This document shows positions 28,447 through 41,400 of a stretch of DNA of 64,000 nucleotides, piece by piece. This DNA comes from Sminthopsis crassicaudata (Eukaryota): contig NC_133622.1 in NCBI RefSeq assembly GCF_048593235.1, positions 236,313,198 through 236,377,197 on the forward strand, given 5' to 3'. The translations under genes and the position numbers were made by a program. The notes under the pieces are model-generated. The model did not search any database and was not told the origin of the DNA. It saw nothing but the letters and a program-made list of their open reading frames with translations. How positions within the stretch are numbered: the first letter of the stretch is position 1; every line of letters starts with the position of its first letter.

Positions 28447-28459
28447 GAAACAAAAAGAG

Positions 28460-30150
28460 ACTGTCTACAATGAGCGGCTCCAATTTATTCCTCTCCCCTC
28501 CTTTTAACTCCTTTACAATCCAGCTTCTGGCTTTATCATTCCACCAGATCTGCTCTCTCCCAAGTTACCAACAATCACTTAGCTGATACATCCAATGGTT
28601 TTTTCCTCAGTCTTCATTTTCCTTCCGTCTCCTGACTTTACTGATCCCTCTTTAATCCTTGATATTCTCTCCCTTCCAGGTTTTCTGGACAACATTTTCC
28701 TTGTTCTCCTCCTATCTCTCTGACCTCTCTCTGTTGCCGGAGTCTTTCTTCAATAACTCCCTCTAATCAGAGGTGACCCACAGAGTTCTGTCCTGAGCCT
28801 TTTTTTCTTCTCTCTTTATATAACTTCACATGATCTCATCAGCTCCCACTTATTTAATTACCATCTCTATGCTGATGTTTCTCAAATCCAACTTTCCTGC
28901 CCCAAAACATTTCTGCTGATTTCCAGTCTTGCATCTCCAATAGCTTTTCATACATCTCAACTCGATGTCCAGTAGATATCTTAAACTCAACACATACAAA
29001 ACTGAACTCCTTACCTTTCTTTCTAAACTTCCCCCCACTCATTGTACACATCAACAGGAGGATTGTACAATGAATTTTAAGAATCTAAGTTGACGATGGT
29101 TTCAGACATGGGGATAATCTGTTCAAAGGCATGGAGATGGAAAATGTCATAGGTGATAGATTTGGCTCTTCTCATCGCTTCAGTGATCCAAGGCAATTCC
29201 AATAATCTTTGGATGGAAAACACCATCCACATCCAGAGAGAGACTCATGCAAATCAAAATATAATATTTTTACCTTTTTTCTTCTTGGGTTTTTTTTTCA
29301 TGGTTTTTCCCCTTTTTGATTTTTCTCTCTCAACATGACACATGAATATGTTTTAAAAATGAACATATATGTATAACCTAAAAACAAATCTAAGAAAACC
29401 TTTTAAAAATGAAAAAATAATTAACTACCTCCTGACCTCTCCTATTACTATAGAAAGTAACACACTCCTTCTAGTCCATCAGGCTCAAAAACTAGGAGTC
29501 ATCCTGGAGTCCTCACCCTCTCTCATCCTCACCCCAAATTCAAGTTCGTGCCCAGGCCTATTGATTTCACCTCTGCAACATCTCCCAAAATATGCTCCCT
29601 TCTCTCCTCTGATCCTGCCCTCAATAGTGTAGGCCCTCATTCTCTCATTCCTGGACTGTTGCAATCGCTGCTGGTAGGTCTGCCTGCCTCCACTCCAATT
29701 CATTCTCCATTCCACCACTAAAGTGATTTTCCTAAAATGAAGGTCTGATTGTCACCTCTCTTCTCTCCCATAAACTTTAGTGGGTCCCACAATATACTTC
29801 ATCACAGCCCTCTCCTCCCTTTCCAGTTTTTTATATCTTACTCTTTAAAGACCCTGGCCTCCTTCCTAGCTTTTCAAGGAACAAAACATTGAATCTCTTG
29901 GTTCTGGCTTTTTCCCACACTTGGAACAATCTCTATTCCTTTCGATCTACTGGCTCCCCAGCTTCCTTGAAGTCCCAGCTAAGATTCCATCTCTCACATG
30001 AAGCCCATTCCACCCCCTCTTATTTCTAAGACCTTCCCTCTCTGAATTATATATTTATTCTGTACTTTGTGTAGGTTGGCTTGTTCTCTTCTCCCTATTA
30101 AACTGTGAATTCCTCAGAGACTGTAGCACAGTGCGCACTAAGCACTTAAT
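28460..30150 (-). mobile_element. LINE-2 remnant interrupted by an L1 3' fragment (~29152-29420)
   Basis: L2 motifs AAACTCAACACATACAAAACTGAACTC and CAGGCTCAAAAACTAGGAGTCATCCTGGAGTCCTC flank an insert with L1 3'-UTR features and an A-rich end. Confidence 0.6.
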
Positions 30151-32150
30151 TTAATACATAAGTAATATATTATTAATATACTATATTAATATATGTCATA
30201 TTAACATTATACAATATATAACACAATACTATTAATATATATTTAATATGTAATAATGTTTGACTAACCAGTAAAATCCCAGAGGTACACACAGAAGGCA
30301 TGTCTTGTATTGCTGAAATGTAAGCATTCTTAAAAACTTAAGGGATTTAATTAAGTATCCTGGACCTTAAAAGGCAATTCTAAGGAAGAATAGTAGTAGT
30401 TAAAGGCCAGTAGGAGGAGCCAATGAGTCAACAGTAGAATGGTGAAGAGAAGAATCTTGGGGTCACTAGTCAGTCATTCCCTTCCAGAAAACCCCTTTTT
30501 GCCCCATCTGTTAGAGAGTAGCATTCTTGTACCTCAGGGGGGATTTATGGGTGATAGGAAGCATATTGGTCTTAGAATAAGGAGAGACCTGGGTGGAATA
30601 CTAGGTCCACAACTCTCCGTGATTGCTTCCCCATCAGTAAAATGGGTTACTAGCTATCATAGCCTTTTGTAGTGAGGCTCAAATGAAATAATGTATACAG
30701 TGTGTTTCAAAAATGTGTAATAGTTTAAACTTTTAAAAATTTAATCATTTTAAAGTCAATGTGCTAAGATTTTTAGAATACAATGTATAAAAAATTCTTT
30801 GTAAATGTAAATGTGTTATTAAGTGTTTAGGGTCTCTGTAGAGAACACAGCATCCTTAAGGAGGATTGAGGAAGAGGTTACTATCTATAATAGGGATTAT
30901 TGTTTTTTTTTAAATATCATGAACCCTTTGGCAGTCTATAGACAACTCTGGAGTCCTCAAAATATTTTTAAATGCACAAAATCAAATACATAGGATTGCA
31001 AAGGAAACTAATTCTATTGGGAAAAATAATGAAAACATTGTTTTTTTAAAAAGTCTCAAAATAATGGAAACTAAGGTACTGGGTTTCCCAGGTATAGCTC
31101 GTGTCTAATGTCAGAATTGAGCTCATCTGAATCTAAGCCACTGTCTAAGCACTGTCTGCTGACTCTAAAGTTGGGTTCTGAAATATATCCCTAAGTTCTC
31201 AAACCTGCTCTAGTATTCATCTTTTCTGCCCTTCTCCCTTCCTTCAGTCAGTGCTATAACACATGGGATGAGGTCGTCCCTAGAAATGTGGCGTAGTCTG
31301 AAAACATTCCATTCCTTTGGCTGCCTTCTCACGGCTGGGGTCGATTCCAGTGAAGGATTCTCTCCCATCTACCATGTTTCTGACTGCCACTGCTTTTTAA
31401 GATCTAAGAGTGGGAAAGACAAAAGGTGAATGTGATGGTGGGGGTGATTGTTGTCTTCAGATCCTTGTGGATCCTTCCAGGAAATGCTTCTCCCTCCCCT
31501 GCCAACCTCCCTCCAGATCCCAGTTGAAACAGCCAAACCCTCCCTCACTCCTGTCCCTGGAATGTTGGCCACGCATCTCCCTGTTCCTGCCTCTCTGGGA
31601 TGCCTTCAGGATCTTTGATCTTTAATTTCCCAATCTGGCACTATTAACAAGATTCCTCTTAAGGGTTGCAGTTAAGTTGATTCCAGGACAGTTGCAATTT
31701 AACACAAATTTTAAGAAATGTTTATCAGTCCCAGCCTGAGACCTGGAGTCAGAATGCCTAGGCATTGAAATGGACTTTTACTCAAGGCAAAGTAGGTCCT
31801 TGTTGCCATTATCACCACAGGATCCTAATCCATATAGGGACAGTGTTCCACTTGGGGATACCTAACCCTCAACTAGAAGCCCTTCCTCAGTCATTTACTA
31901 TGTACCTCAGTAGTATTTAATTTTTGTCCAGTTTTCACTCTTATCACCTTCTGTTCTTGCCTAGAGACACATAGGTATTCTTGCCTCGGAGCTATGTAAT
32001 CTTTTAAAAAAATTATATTTTTAGGCTATATAATCTTAAGGTTGCTTGTCTTGCAGATTTAAAAATTTTTTTCCCACCATGGATCCCTAATGTTTTTAAA
32101 TGCATACAATATTCAGGACAGTAAATTTATTATACTGTTAGTACTTATAT

Positions 32151-32274
32151 TTATTTATTTTCTGAGGCTGGGGTTAAGTGACTTAGGAAGTGTTAAATGT
32201 CTGAGATCAAATTTGAACTCGGGTCCTCCTGAATTCAAGGCTGGTGCTCTATCCACTGCGCCACCTAGCTGCCC
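32151..32274 (-). mobile_element. WSINE1-type SINE (internally deleted)
   Basis: Reverse-complement head CCACTGCGCCACCTAGCTGCCC. ACTTATATT on both flanks (32143 and 32281). Confidence 0.8.
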
Positions 32275-33698
32275 GGAAACACTTATATTGAAACAGTTAA
32301 TATTTTAAAAACACAGAATCCTTGCTGAGAACACTTATGTAAGTAGGAGCACTATAACCCTTCTCTGCTTTCTCAAATTAGGTCAGTTTTTCATTCAAAG
32401 GTATTAAAACTATTCTTAACATTTAATTGGCTCAGGGGACTAAAGTCTCAGGCTACTGACATCACTTCTTGGCCACTTGAGAACAAAAATGACAAGAAGC
32501 TGGGTGCTCTGCTGTCTAGCTGGAAACCAGGCTAGTTCAGGCAAAGGAGCTTAGCTGAGATACTCGAGGAGTCCTTAGGAGCCACTCTTATCTTTCTCAT
32601 ACTATGACTAAATAAATCTCCTTTTGGTAACCATTGATTTTTTTTCCCCCCATTCCATTCCAATATCTAACATAAATGACTTGGATATCAGCTTGAGTCA
32701 AGCACAGCCCCAAATAACTCTGCTTAGAGGTAAAGATTGCTAATTAATCATTTATTAAGCATCTAGAGTGCTAGGGATTGTTAGGTTACTGAGGATTCGA
32801 AGACAAACATAAAATTGTCCCTGATCTCAAGATTACATTCTATGGGAGAGCGCTACACATATAAGTGTACACAACTGTAGCTGTCCACTCATTTCTGATA
32901 GTGACCCCATTGTATGTGTGTGGGGATTTTCTTGGCAAAGATACTGGAGTTGGTTTGCCCTTTCCTTTTCCATCTTATTTTGAGAAAAACAGAGTTAAGT
33001 CAATTGCCTAGAGTCACACAGCTGGCTTCTAAGGCCTGATTTAAATCTAGCAAGATTTAAACTTCTAACCATTTTGCCATCTAGAAGGTAATTTTAAGGA
33101 AAAGGTATGAGAAGCTGGGATAGACCAAGCAAGACTTCAAGGAGGAGGTGACTATGTTAGTCACAAATTTAGCGAACTAAGCTTTGGAGAAAACAAGGAA
33201 TTTTAAGAATCGAAATTGACAATGGCTTCAGACATGGGGACAGTCTGTTCAAAGGCATGGAGATGGAAAATGTCATATGTGAGGATCAGAAAGGCTGACA
33301 GTTTGGTTGGATGGAAGGATATGTGATAAAGGGACAGAAAGCTCTAAAAGTAGGTCAGAGCCAGGGGAGTAAAGGATTTAAATGCCAAATGATTTGATTT
33401 TGATTCTAGAGTAAGGGATTTTAATCATTTATGTCTCCTGGACCTCTCTGGCAGTTTAGTGAAAACGTACCTTCTCAAAATATTTTAAAATACATACGAT
33501 TTCAATTATACTTAGTTATCAACACATATATGTATGTATGTATATACATATACATACATACACACAAGAAGATAAGTTTATTGACCCCAGGTTAAGAACC
33601 GTTTATTCTAAGGTAACAGGGAGCCACTGGAGCTTACTGTACAAAGAAGTGTATTGTCAGGAATGTGCTCTAGGAATATCATTCAGTTGCAATGTTTT

Positions 33699-33854
33699 TG
33701 TTTTTTTTTTCCTTTTTCTGAGGCTGGAGTTAAGTCTTAGACTTACCCAGGGTCACACAGCTAGGAAGTGTTAAGTATTTGAGACCACATTTGAACTCAG
33801 GTCCTACTGAATTCAAGGCTGGTGCTCTATCCACTGCGCCACCTAGCTGCTCCC
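33699..33854 (-). mobile_element. WSINE1-type SINE
   Basis: T-tail, CTGAGGCTGGAGTTAAG body, head CCACTGCGCCACCTAGCTGC. Confidence 0.8.
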
Positions 33855-36800
33855 TGGTTCCAATGTTTTAAGTTAGCACAATCTATGGTAGGACAGGCCA
33901 CAGTAGACTGTGTTCTTTGTCTTCTCTGAGGTTTCTTCCTGAAAGAAAATGTCAATGTAAGAGGAAAGCTTCTTTCATAAAAAACCACTGTTGGACTTGT
34001 AACTTACTAAATGCTGGATGGTAGAGGAAATAAAATAGGAGAGAGAAAATTAAAGGAGATGTTATTGTAGTTTAAGTGGCTGACCCAGTTTCCCAAAAAC
34101 TGATGAAGTGGTCAAAAGAAAACCCAAATAGTTATAAAGATTGATGACTTTTATTTAGGTGATTAATGTCCAGGTGCGGGGAGGAAAGAGGGAGAAGGGG
34201 AAAAAGATATAGGGAAGAGAAAAAGGCCAGAGAGTGAGGGACTGAGCTGAAGAGAGAAGAAATAGAGAGGGGAAAGTGTTAGGATTACAATTTAGAGAAA
34301 CAACTTTACAGGAAAGATTTTGTTATTTGTAAATGTCATCATAAGCATATTATCTTTTGTCTATGAGACAAAATTTTACATGGTAAAAGACAAATACAGA
34401 TCCCCCAACACTGCACTGAAGATCTTCTTTAAACTGCAAGTGACCACCTGACCAGTTTCAAATTCACCTAAAATCTATTGTCTAGTTCCAAGCTTCTTAA
34501 AATTATGATTTTTTTTTTATCTGTAAAATTAATTCATGTATCTATTCTATATACCTGGGTTCATGTAAAAAAATTTCTTGGATGAAAAGGGTTTGAGAAT
34601 ATAAAGTTTAAGAAATCCTGGTTTAATTCACATCTGTTTTTCATATAGAAAGTACAAGATACTTTTATCAGAGTTTGCTAAAATTTCAATACAGATTATC
34701 TTCAGCACTGCCCTGATCTGCCATCTCCTGTCAAAAAGAGAAATGAAGTTGTCATCATCCGTCCTACACTGGCCACTTGTGACTCAGTTTCCTTCTTACT
34801 ATTAGGGTCTAGAACTTTGTCATCAATTAAAGTTACTTTCAATGGCCAAGAGAACCCATTTTCTCTTAAAAATTAGGAAAACATTTGCCCCTTTCTAGTT
34901 CTATAGCACCTTTCAATCTCCAGACCCTTTCAAAGGTCACTAACAATGGCTGATGGCCATTTTGGATTTTGTCCTTTCTACTTCTAAAGCCATTCTATGT
35001 AGCAGAGAAAATATGATTCATACAGATCAGTTCTGTATGGTTCTGACTGGTGAAAATTATCACCAGTTAACCTATTCATAGCAGTCCCATTTCCTCCTTA
35101 ACTTTCCTGTTTCAACATAACTCAAAATCACACACACCTTCTTGTCCTTAGCATTCCTTGCCAGACTTAACAGTCTAACCTTTAGCACACCTAATGGTCT
35201 TCTAAACTTTACAATTCCATTTGTGATCTATTCTGCTATTTTCTATACATACCTTGAAAAATCTGACTCGAAAGGCAAATTCCTATGGATTCATAAGATC
35301 ATCCAGTTCCACAAATCCAATTTCTTCTCCTCTGTCAGAATTGCTTCTTTTGTCACATTTCATTCTTCAGTTTTCCATACCTAAGTAGTCAATTTTCCTC
35401 ATGGAACTTTAGTCAATGGAATCCTAACCTTCTTCTGAACCTTTTGCAATGCACACTCCTCAAATTTAGGATGCATTTAAAGTATTTTTCTTTATTACAA
35501 ATTTATGTAAAGGAAAACTTGCACCTTCCCTTAAGGTTCTTAGAAGACATTCCCATCCTAGCAGTTCAGATGCAGAATATAATTCCCTCTTGTTGGTCAT
35601 GCTACTCAAGGCAAAAGGCTCTAGCTGATATATCAATAAGTTGCTCCTGATACATACACAATACCACGTCCTTGTGCCAGATCCGGCATCTCATGAACTC
35701 ATCTATTTACTCTTTCTGTCCAAATGGTCTGTAGTAAGACTATGATGACAAAGATTTTTTCCCCTCTCCCTCCACTGATCTCCCCTCAAATAATTACTGA
35801 CATGGCATGTTCCTATATTAGCAGTTTTAAGTTTTAACAACTTTGCAAAATATAAATACTAGACATCAAAAAAAGATTTGAAATATGCTACAAATTTATA
35901 AAAATACTTATTTAATGAGAAAGTATAAACCAGAATTCCCACATGCAATGCAGAATGACAGGATGTCCCATTTTGTTTAAATTACATTACTTGAAATTCA
36001 CAAAACTAAATAGAAATGTGAATAATCAAACTTTCAAATGACTTTTGCTAGCATTTTTACTTCTGAAGTTATTCAGATTTAAAGTTGCCTTTTAGAACAC
36101 CAAGTATTAGGCTATTTCCCTCTAACCCAATTATTTTTTTTTTTCCTAAATAATGCATATTCACTGAGAAGCATATTCCAAAGAGGTTTCACTTCAAGCC
36201 TCAGTGATACACTTAGGAGGACCAATTTTACTTTTTGTGTAGGCAGTTCTAGTTTTATTTTGCTAGTGGCCCAGACATTTGTACAGTGATATTCAAGGTT
36301 ATGAGTTTTACTTATTAATGGTTCCTTTCTTGAATTTCATCTTCTGCAAACTATTCAGTTATCTTCTAAAACACAGATATTCTCTGTTGTAGCTAGCTTC
36401 ATAGTTATGTATATCAAAGACAATTTTCTTTCTCCCTCATAATTTCATGACTATAATAGCATCTGAAGTTGGGCTTTGTTCTCCCATCTTCTCTATCCCA
36501 CCCAATTCGTGATTTCATAGCCTTCAAATGGCTCTCCTCACCTGACAACCAGCCCATCCTGATGGGGAGGGTTTATCGATGATAATGCTGAAATGACTTA
36601 AGAGGCTAAAGTGTAACCTTTGTGCATTGTCTAGACTCCCAGACAGAAAGCTGGACAATACTGTTGCTCCATAGAACTTAGTTTAACCTGAACCTTACCC
36701 TCATGCTCTCTGGACTCTATTCTCCCTCAGGAATGCCAAGAACCCCTATTTGGTTTTCTGTAATGGTCAAATCAATTCTGTAGATTGTCCCACTATTTAA

Positions 36801-37196
36801 ACAGCAGCATCTAACAGTTTTCAGCCTTGTACTGCCAATGAAAAACTGTAGCTAAGCGCAGAATTGTGCCAGCAGATTTCTAGGTGTAGCTCATTATCCT
36901 ATTCAGATTTGTCAATATATGTTGTACCAAAATGGTCTATTATTCTTTAAAACAAAAATAAAACCCCCCCACACAAAATGCTCTGCATTTACATTGTAGG
37001 TAGCAAAATTCATGTTTTCTGAAAGACTCTGATTTTTCAAAGTGCTATATTACAACTTCCTGCAAAGATTTAGATGCTTGGATGCTTATGATTCTGGAGC
37101 TTGCTTCATAAAACAGTACATCCCTTTTATGTAACCACATTTTAGAATGCTGGGAAGATAAAGGCAAAACTTTTTCATAAGATAGCAAAATCTAGA

Positions 37197-37209
37197 TGCC
37201 CTCTAGTGG
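37197..37209 (-). promoter_or_regulatory. CTCF-motif match
   Basis: TGCCCTCTAGTGG = CCACTAGAGGGCA on the minus strand, fitting the core consensus CCASYAGRKGGCR at all positions. Motif only. Confidence 0.5.
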
Positions 37210-38448
37210 AAGATAAAAGGCTATATAGTTAGCTTGCTCCTAAAGCCAAGAGCACTTTTTTCTTTTGGATTCAGCAATTATCCAATAAATTTTTCAGACA
37301 TGTGACTTTGCTGGTAACAGCAAATTTTCTTTAGTGAATTGTTCTGAATCTTTTAAACATTATTTAAAAAAAAAAAAAGAAAAAGAATTAAAGTTTTTTA
37401 GAATTTTATTTTTCCGTTTCCTTCTAAAATGTTTTTTGTTCTGTAAATTCCTGTAACACACTTAGTTGTGGGTCACATCGTGCCAGGTTATTGATGCTTT
37501 GGCTAAAAAAAATCTTGGTAGTAGAGAATGAAATTTACATTATCAGACCCAATATTACAAAAATCCTTTTTAAGAGTGTCATGAGGAATTAAAACTAAAC
37601 CACTCCCACCCTCCTTTAAACAAAATGGGGGAAGGGAGTAGAAGAAAAATTTAAAAAATCATGTACAGTTCGAATTATAATGCACTGTTGGATATGGCAA
37701 GGACACAGCTCATAGAGAAGACCAAGGACGGGACCTTAAGTCTGTTTCTAATTTGTGTTTTCTACTTTATAGGATTTGTTGTGGAGCTTATAGGGAAGGA
37801 GGGTTGAAGTCATTACAAAGTCAGCTTTCTTGTACTTCATTTTGGTTAAATGAATTTAAAAATAATCTTTGCTATTGTTAACATGTCCCTCTCAAATCTC
37901 ACTTCTATATCCACTGAGTTGTGCAGAATGAGGGATAGGGCCAGAGAAACATAGTTATTTAGAGCCCTATACCAGGACATAGGCTCTGTGGGGATCCTAC
38001 TGTCTCCTCAGACAGAGTCCATAAGAGGAGAGTAATTATTCATCTCCTACAAAGTTGCTTTATTAATTTTTCTGAAGTTTCACAAGTTGTTTCTATTCCT
38101 GTTTGGAATTTAATGATTCTTCATTCTTAAAAAGTTTCAGATTGAGGCCTAAACACCAGAATAATCTGCCCATTCCTCTAGAAAAGTGCAATTTTGCTTT
38201 ATGTAAATCATATTTAAACCCAAAGCAAAAACTGCCCATTTCAGGAAAAACAATCACTGGGGAATCTCAACAGTAAAGCAGCTTGCACTGGGAAATGAAC
38301 AAAAAAGGCAGACACCAAACACCTCCATTTTCCCAAGATTAAATGATTATTAAAAAAAAGCGCACCACACTGTGTAGAAATCAACATTCTCTCCCATAAT
38401 TCTGTGCATCTGGGACTACAGAAATGTCATTGCCCCTGCCCCACATCT

Positions 38449-41400
38449 TCAAATCAACATCCTCAGGTCACAACTGTAAGTCTTCCCAAATGGGACCTTC
38501 CGGAAAAACAAGCTATTTCCACGACTCATGTTTCCCTGGAAAAAAATCAAACAGATAAAATTTATAGTGAAGGCCATGACATCAGTAAATCCAATCGGCA
38601 AAATGAGCAAAGATACAACAGATGTCCTGGAAATGCAACTAAATGGTTAGCGGATACAAAGTCTCCACTCCTACAGAACAGAGAGCTATACTCTGATTAA
38701 TGGTAACAAACCAAATACAAAGGAAATACCATTGTACCTCAGAAGGAGGATGAGAAGAGGTTCTTCCCAGCCTTTATAACACTGTCAGTGCCACAGGGGC
38801 ACAGGACAATTTTGTACTCCTTGGGCTCCCTTCTTTACAGGCCCAACCCAGCATCTTCCGCTGGAGCTCGCTCCATTTTCCAGTCCATTCAGAGGAAGTA
38901 CAAGAGAAGCAGCCACAAGGAGAAGGGAAGGCCTCCATTCTTACTTTTCCACCAGGGGGCCGGAGGATGGATCAAGAGAGAAAAAGGTACAACTACAATG
39001 ATAAACTCTCTCTCTCCTTAAAGTGGGGACCACTGTGAACACTCATTTGCTGCTAAATGCAGGGAGGAAGTGTGATCCCTGAGAGCAGGCGTAAAAAATT
39101 ATTCTGAAGGTTATTTCAGTAGAAACATTGTAGCCTTTAATTCTCAGAGAAGGTCACTGGATTTCTGTCCTGGGACACGGCAATCCTAATGGGACTGGTT
39201 GTCTCTACTCATTTTTATAGACTGATCCTGAGCGTTAAGAAGCAAGGCCTGCCTTTTGTATATATTGCAACTGCCACAAAATAATGCAACAAAGAATTTT
39301 ATCTCCTTTCTTCCTTACTTTGTCTCTTATAAATATTCAAAAACAATTGTGGTGAGACAATTCTTTGCATTTTATAATAAACCTGATGCTTAATGGTGGC
39401 CCCTGTACAGCTAGGTCAGACCTAAGAAATCCGTGTGGGCACAGCATCCCAATGCATAAGCTTTGGGTCTACGGGATCAATGATTACCCTAACACTCAGT
39501 CCAGGTGCTCTAACTCTGACACTTATTTGTTGCTATAAATTAATGTAATTTCTAGTGCCTGAAATTCCTCATCTGCAAAGTAGGATAATCCTTAGCTTAT
39601 AATATACTGTTGGAAGAGTAGGGGAAAAAAAAAAATCTGAATCTCTGCATTTGATTCAGAGTGGGAAAGAAATAAGTATTCGGTAACCAAGACCTTTCAA
39701 TAACTTGCAGAGGCAGACCCTCTTATAGTGAATGTGCTTTTAAAAATATAGATTATTTAGATGGATTATTTCTCCTATCTCTAGTACAACATCTTCCCCT
39801 TCTGCTAGAATGTCAGATTGAACGTCATTTAAGTTAAACAAACGAGACTGGTAGCTGCAGGTGAAATTTGTGGGAGAAGGAAGGATCTGGATAAAAACCC
39901 AAAAATACTGGTTCAAAAAGCTAAGAATACCAATACCTCTTTTTGCAGCATGCACCAACAGTCTAACCAGGAAGAGTAAAGTGGGGCATAAGGAGGACAT
40001 CCACCAGCAAGCCTGAAAGAGAGAAAATCTCAGTTATCCTACCACATCTCTAGGGGCTCTCGTACCCTTGCGTCCACAGTTCTAGTCACAAAGGTATGGA
40101 AGAAGAAATGCCAGTTGTGAGGAAACTGCCAGTTTCACTGGAACAAGAGTCACAGGCAGGCTCCACTTGGCTCACTTTTTTCTGGCACTGCCCATGGCCC
40201 TTCTGTAAGCACAGCATTATACAGTGGGGGCCCTGCCTGGCAGCCCTTTAGACTCTGAATATACTGAGTGCTCTGCTGCTTTCACAGTATCTAGACAGAA
40301 TGGTCATGAAGCCTTCCTCTTATGTACACTACTCTGGGCTGCCTTAGAATCAAAATGGGTCAAAAAGCCCAGAACACCACATTTCCTCAGCTTGCACCCA
40401 AGGACATGGCTACATTAGGCAAGGCACAGGGACACAAGGAATTACTATTATATCACAGACATGCATTCTGGAGGCCACTTGACAGGTCAAAGTTGGAAAT
40501 TTCTATCCTGGTCTCCATTTAAACACTACATAAAGCCCTCCTCCGGCACGAGCCAGGCCCGACAGTGGGGACAAGAAAGAAGCTCCTTGCCAGGCTGCAA
40601 AGACGGGGGTGGAAGTGGGGGAATGATTGTCTGCTTAGATGAAATTATGGACCCCAAAGTAAAGTGATACAATGTAAGGGAAGGAAGAGAAAAGGCAAAG
40701 AAAACCAACATGCCCAAGCAATTCCTTTGAAACCCAGTCCTTCCACAAAGTGCCTTCTGACTGTGGTCCTCCCAGCCATTATCCAGAGGGATCACTCTGG
40801 GGGAGGAGGTGCTGGCTGTCCCCACCCACTGCCACCCAGAGCAAGCAAGCCAGCTGAGCCGAAGTAGTGTGGCTTCCTGAGACAGGAGGCAGGCCATGTG
40901 CCAGCCAAGTCCAATTGACCACCATTTCCCATGAATCCCGATGGAGCTAAACCAAGAGTCTTGGGCAGTTGTGCTTCTAGGCCCTATTCTGCAGTCCTGG
41001 GCCTGGGAAGCAGCCCGGATACCAAAGTATCTGACATGTCTACAGTTTAACATTGAAAACAGACCATTTTTTCCATGGAACTAATATTAAAGGGGCATTA
41101 GTCACTGTACCTAAAGGACCATGGGAATCTTTCCATCTGACTTGAAACCTGGGGCTGAAACTGTCCTTATGTGTTGTAAGCTCGTGCAGAGGCTGCCTTT
41201 TTTACTGTAATTCCAATGCTTGAGACCCACAGAGTGGCTAATAGCTCTCTCCTTCCCTCTCAATCAGAAGGAACATGGCAGTACTTTGTGTATATGGGTT
41301 GATAAAGAAATAGAAGAATTCAAGTTAGTTTGCCTCCTTTAGTATGGAAGCTCCCTGAGGATACAGATCAGAGCATCTGTTTCATGGCACACAGCTCACA

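Noticed and set aside
40526-41053. 175-aa ORF within MTCH2 intron 11
   Set aside because: Non-ATG start, no recognisable homology or domain, and no splice sites that fit the MTCH2 phase.
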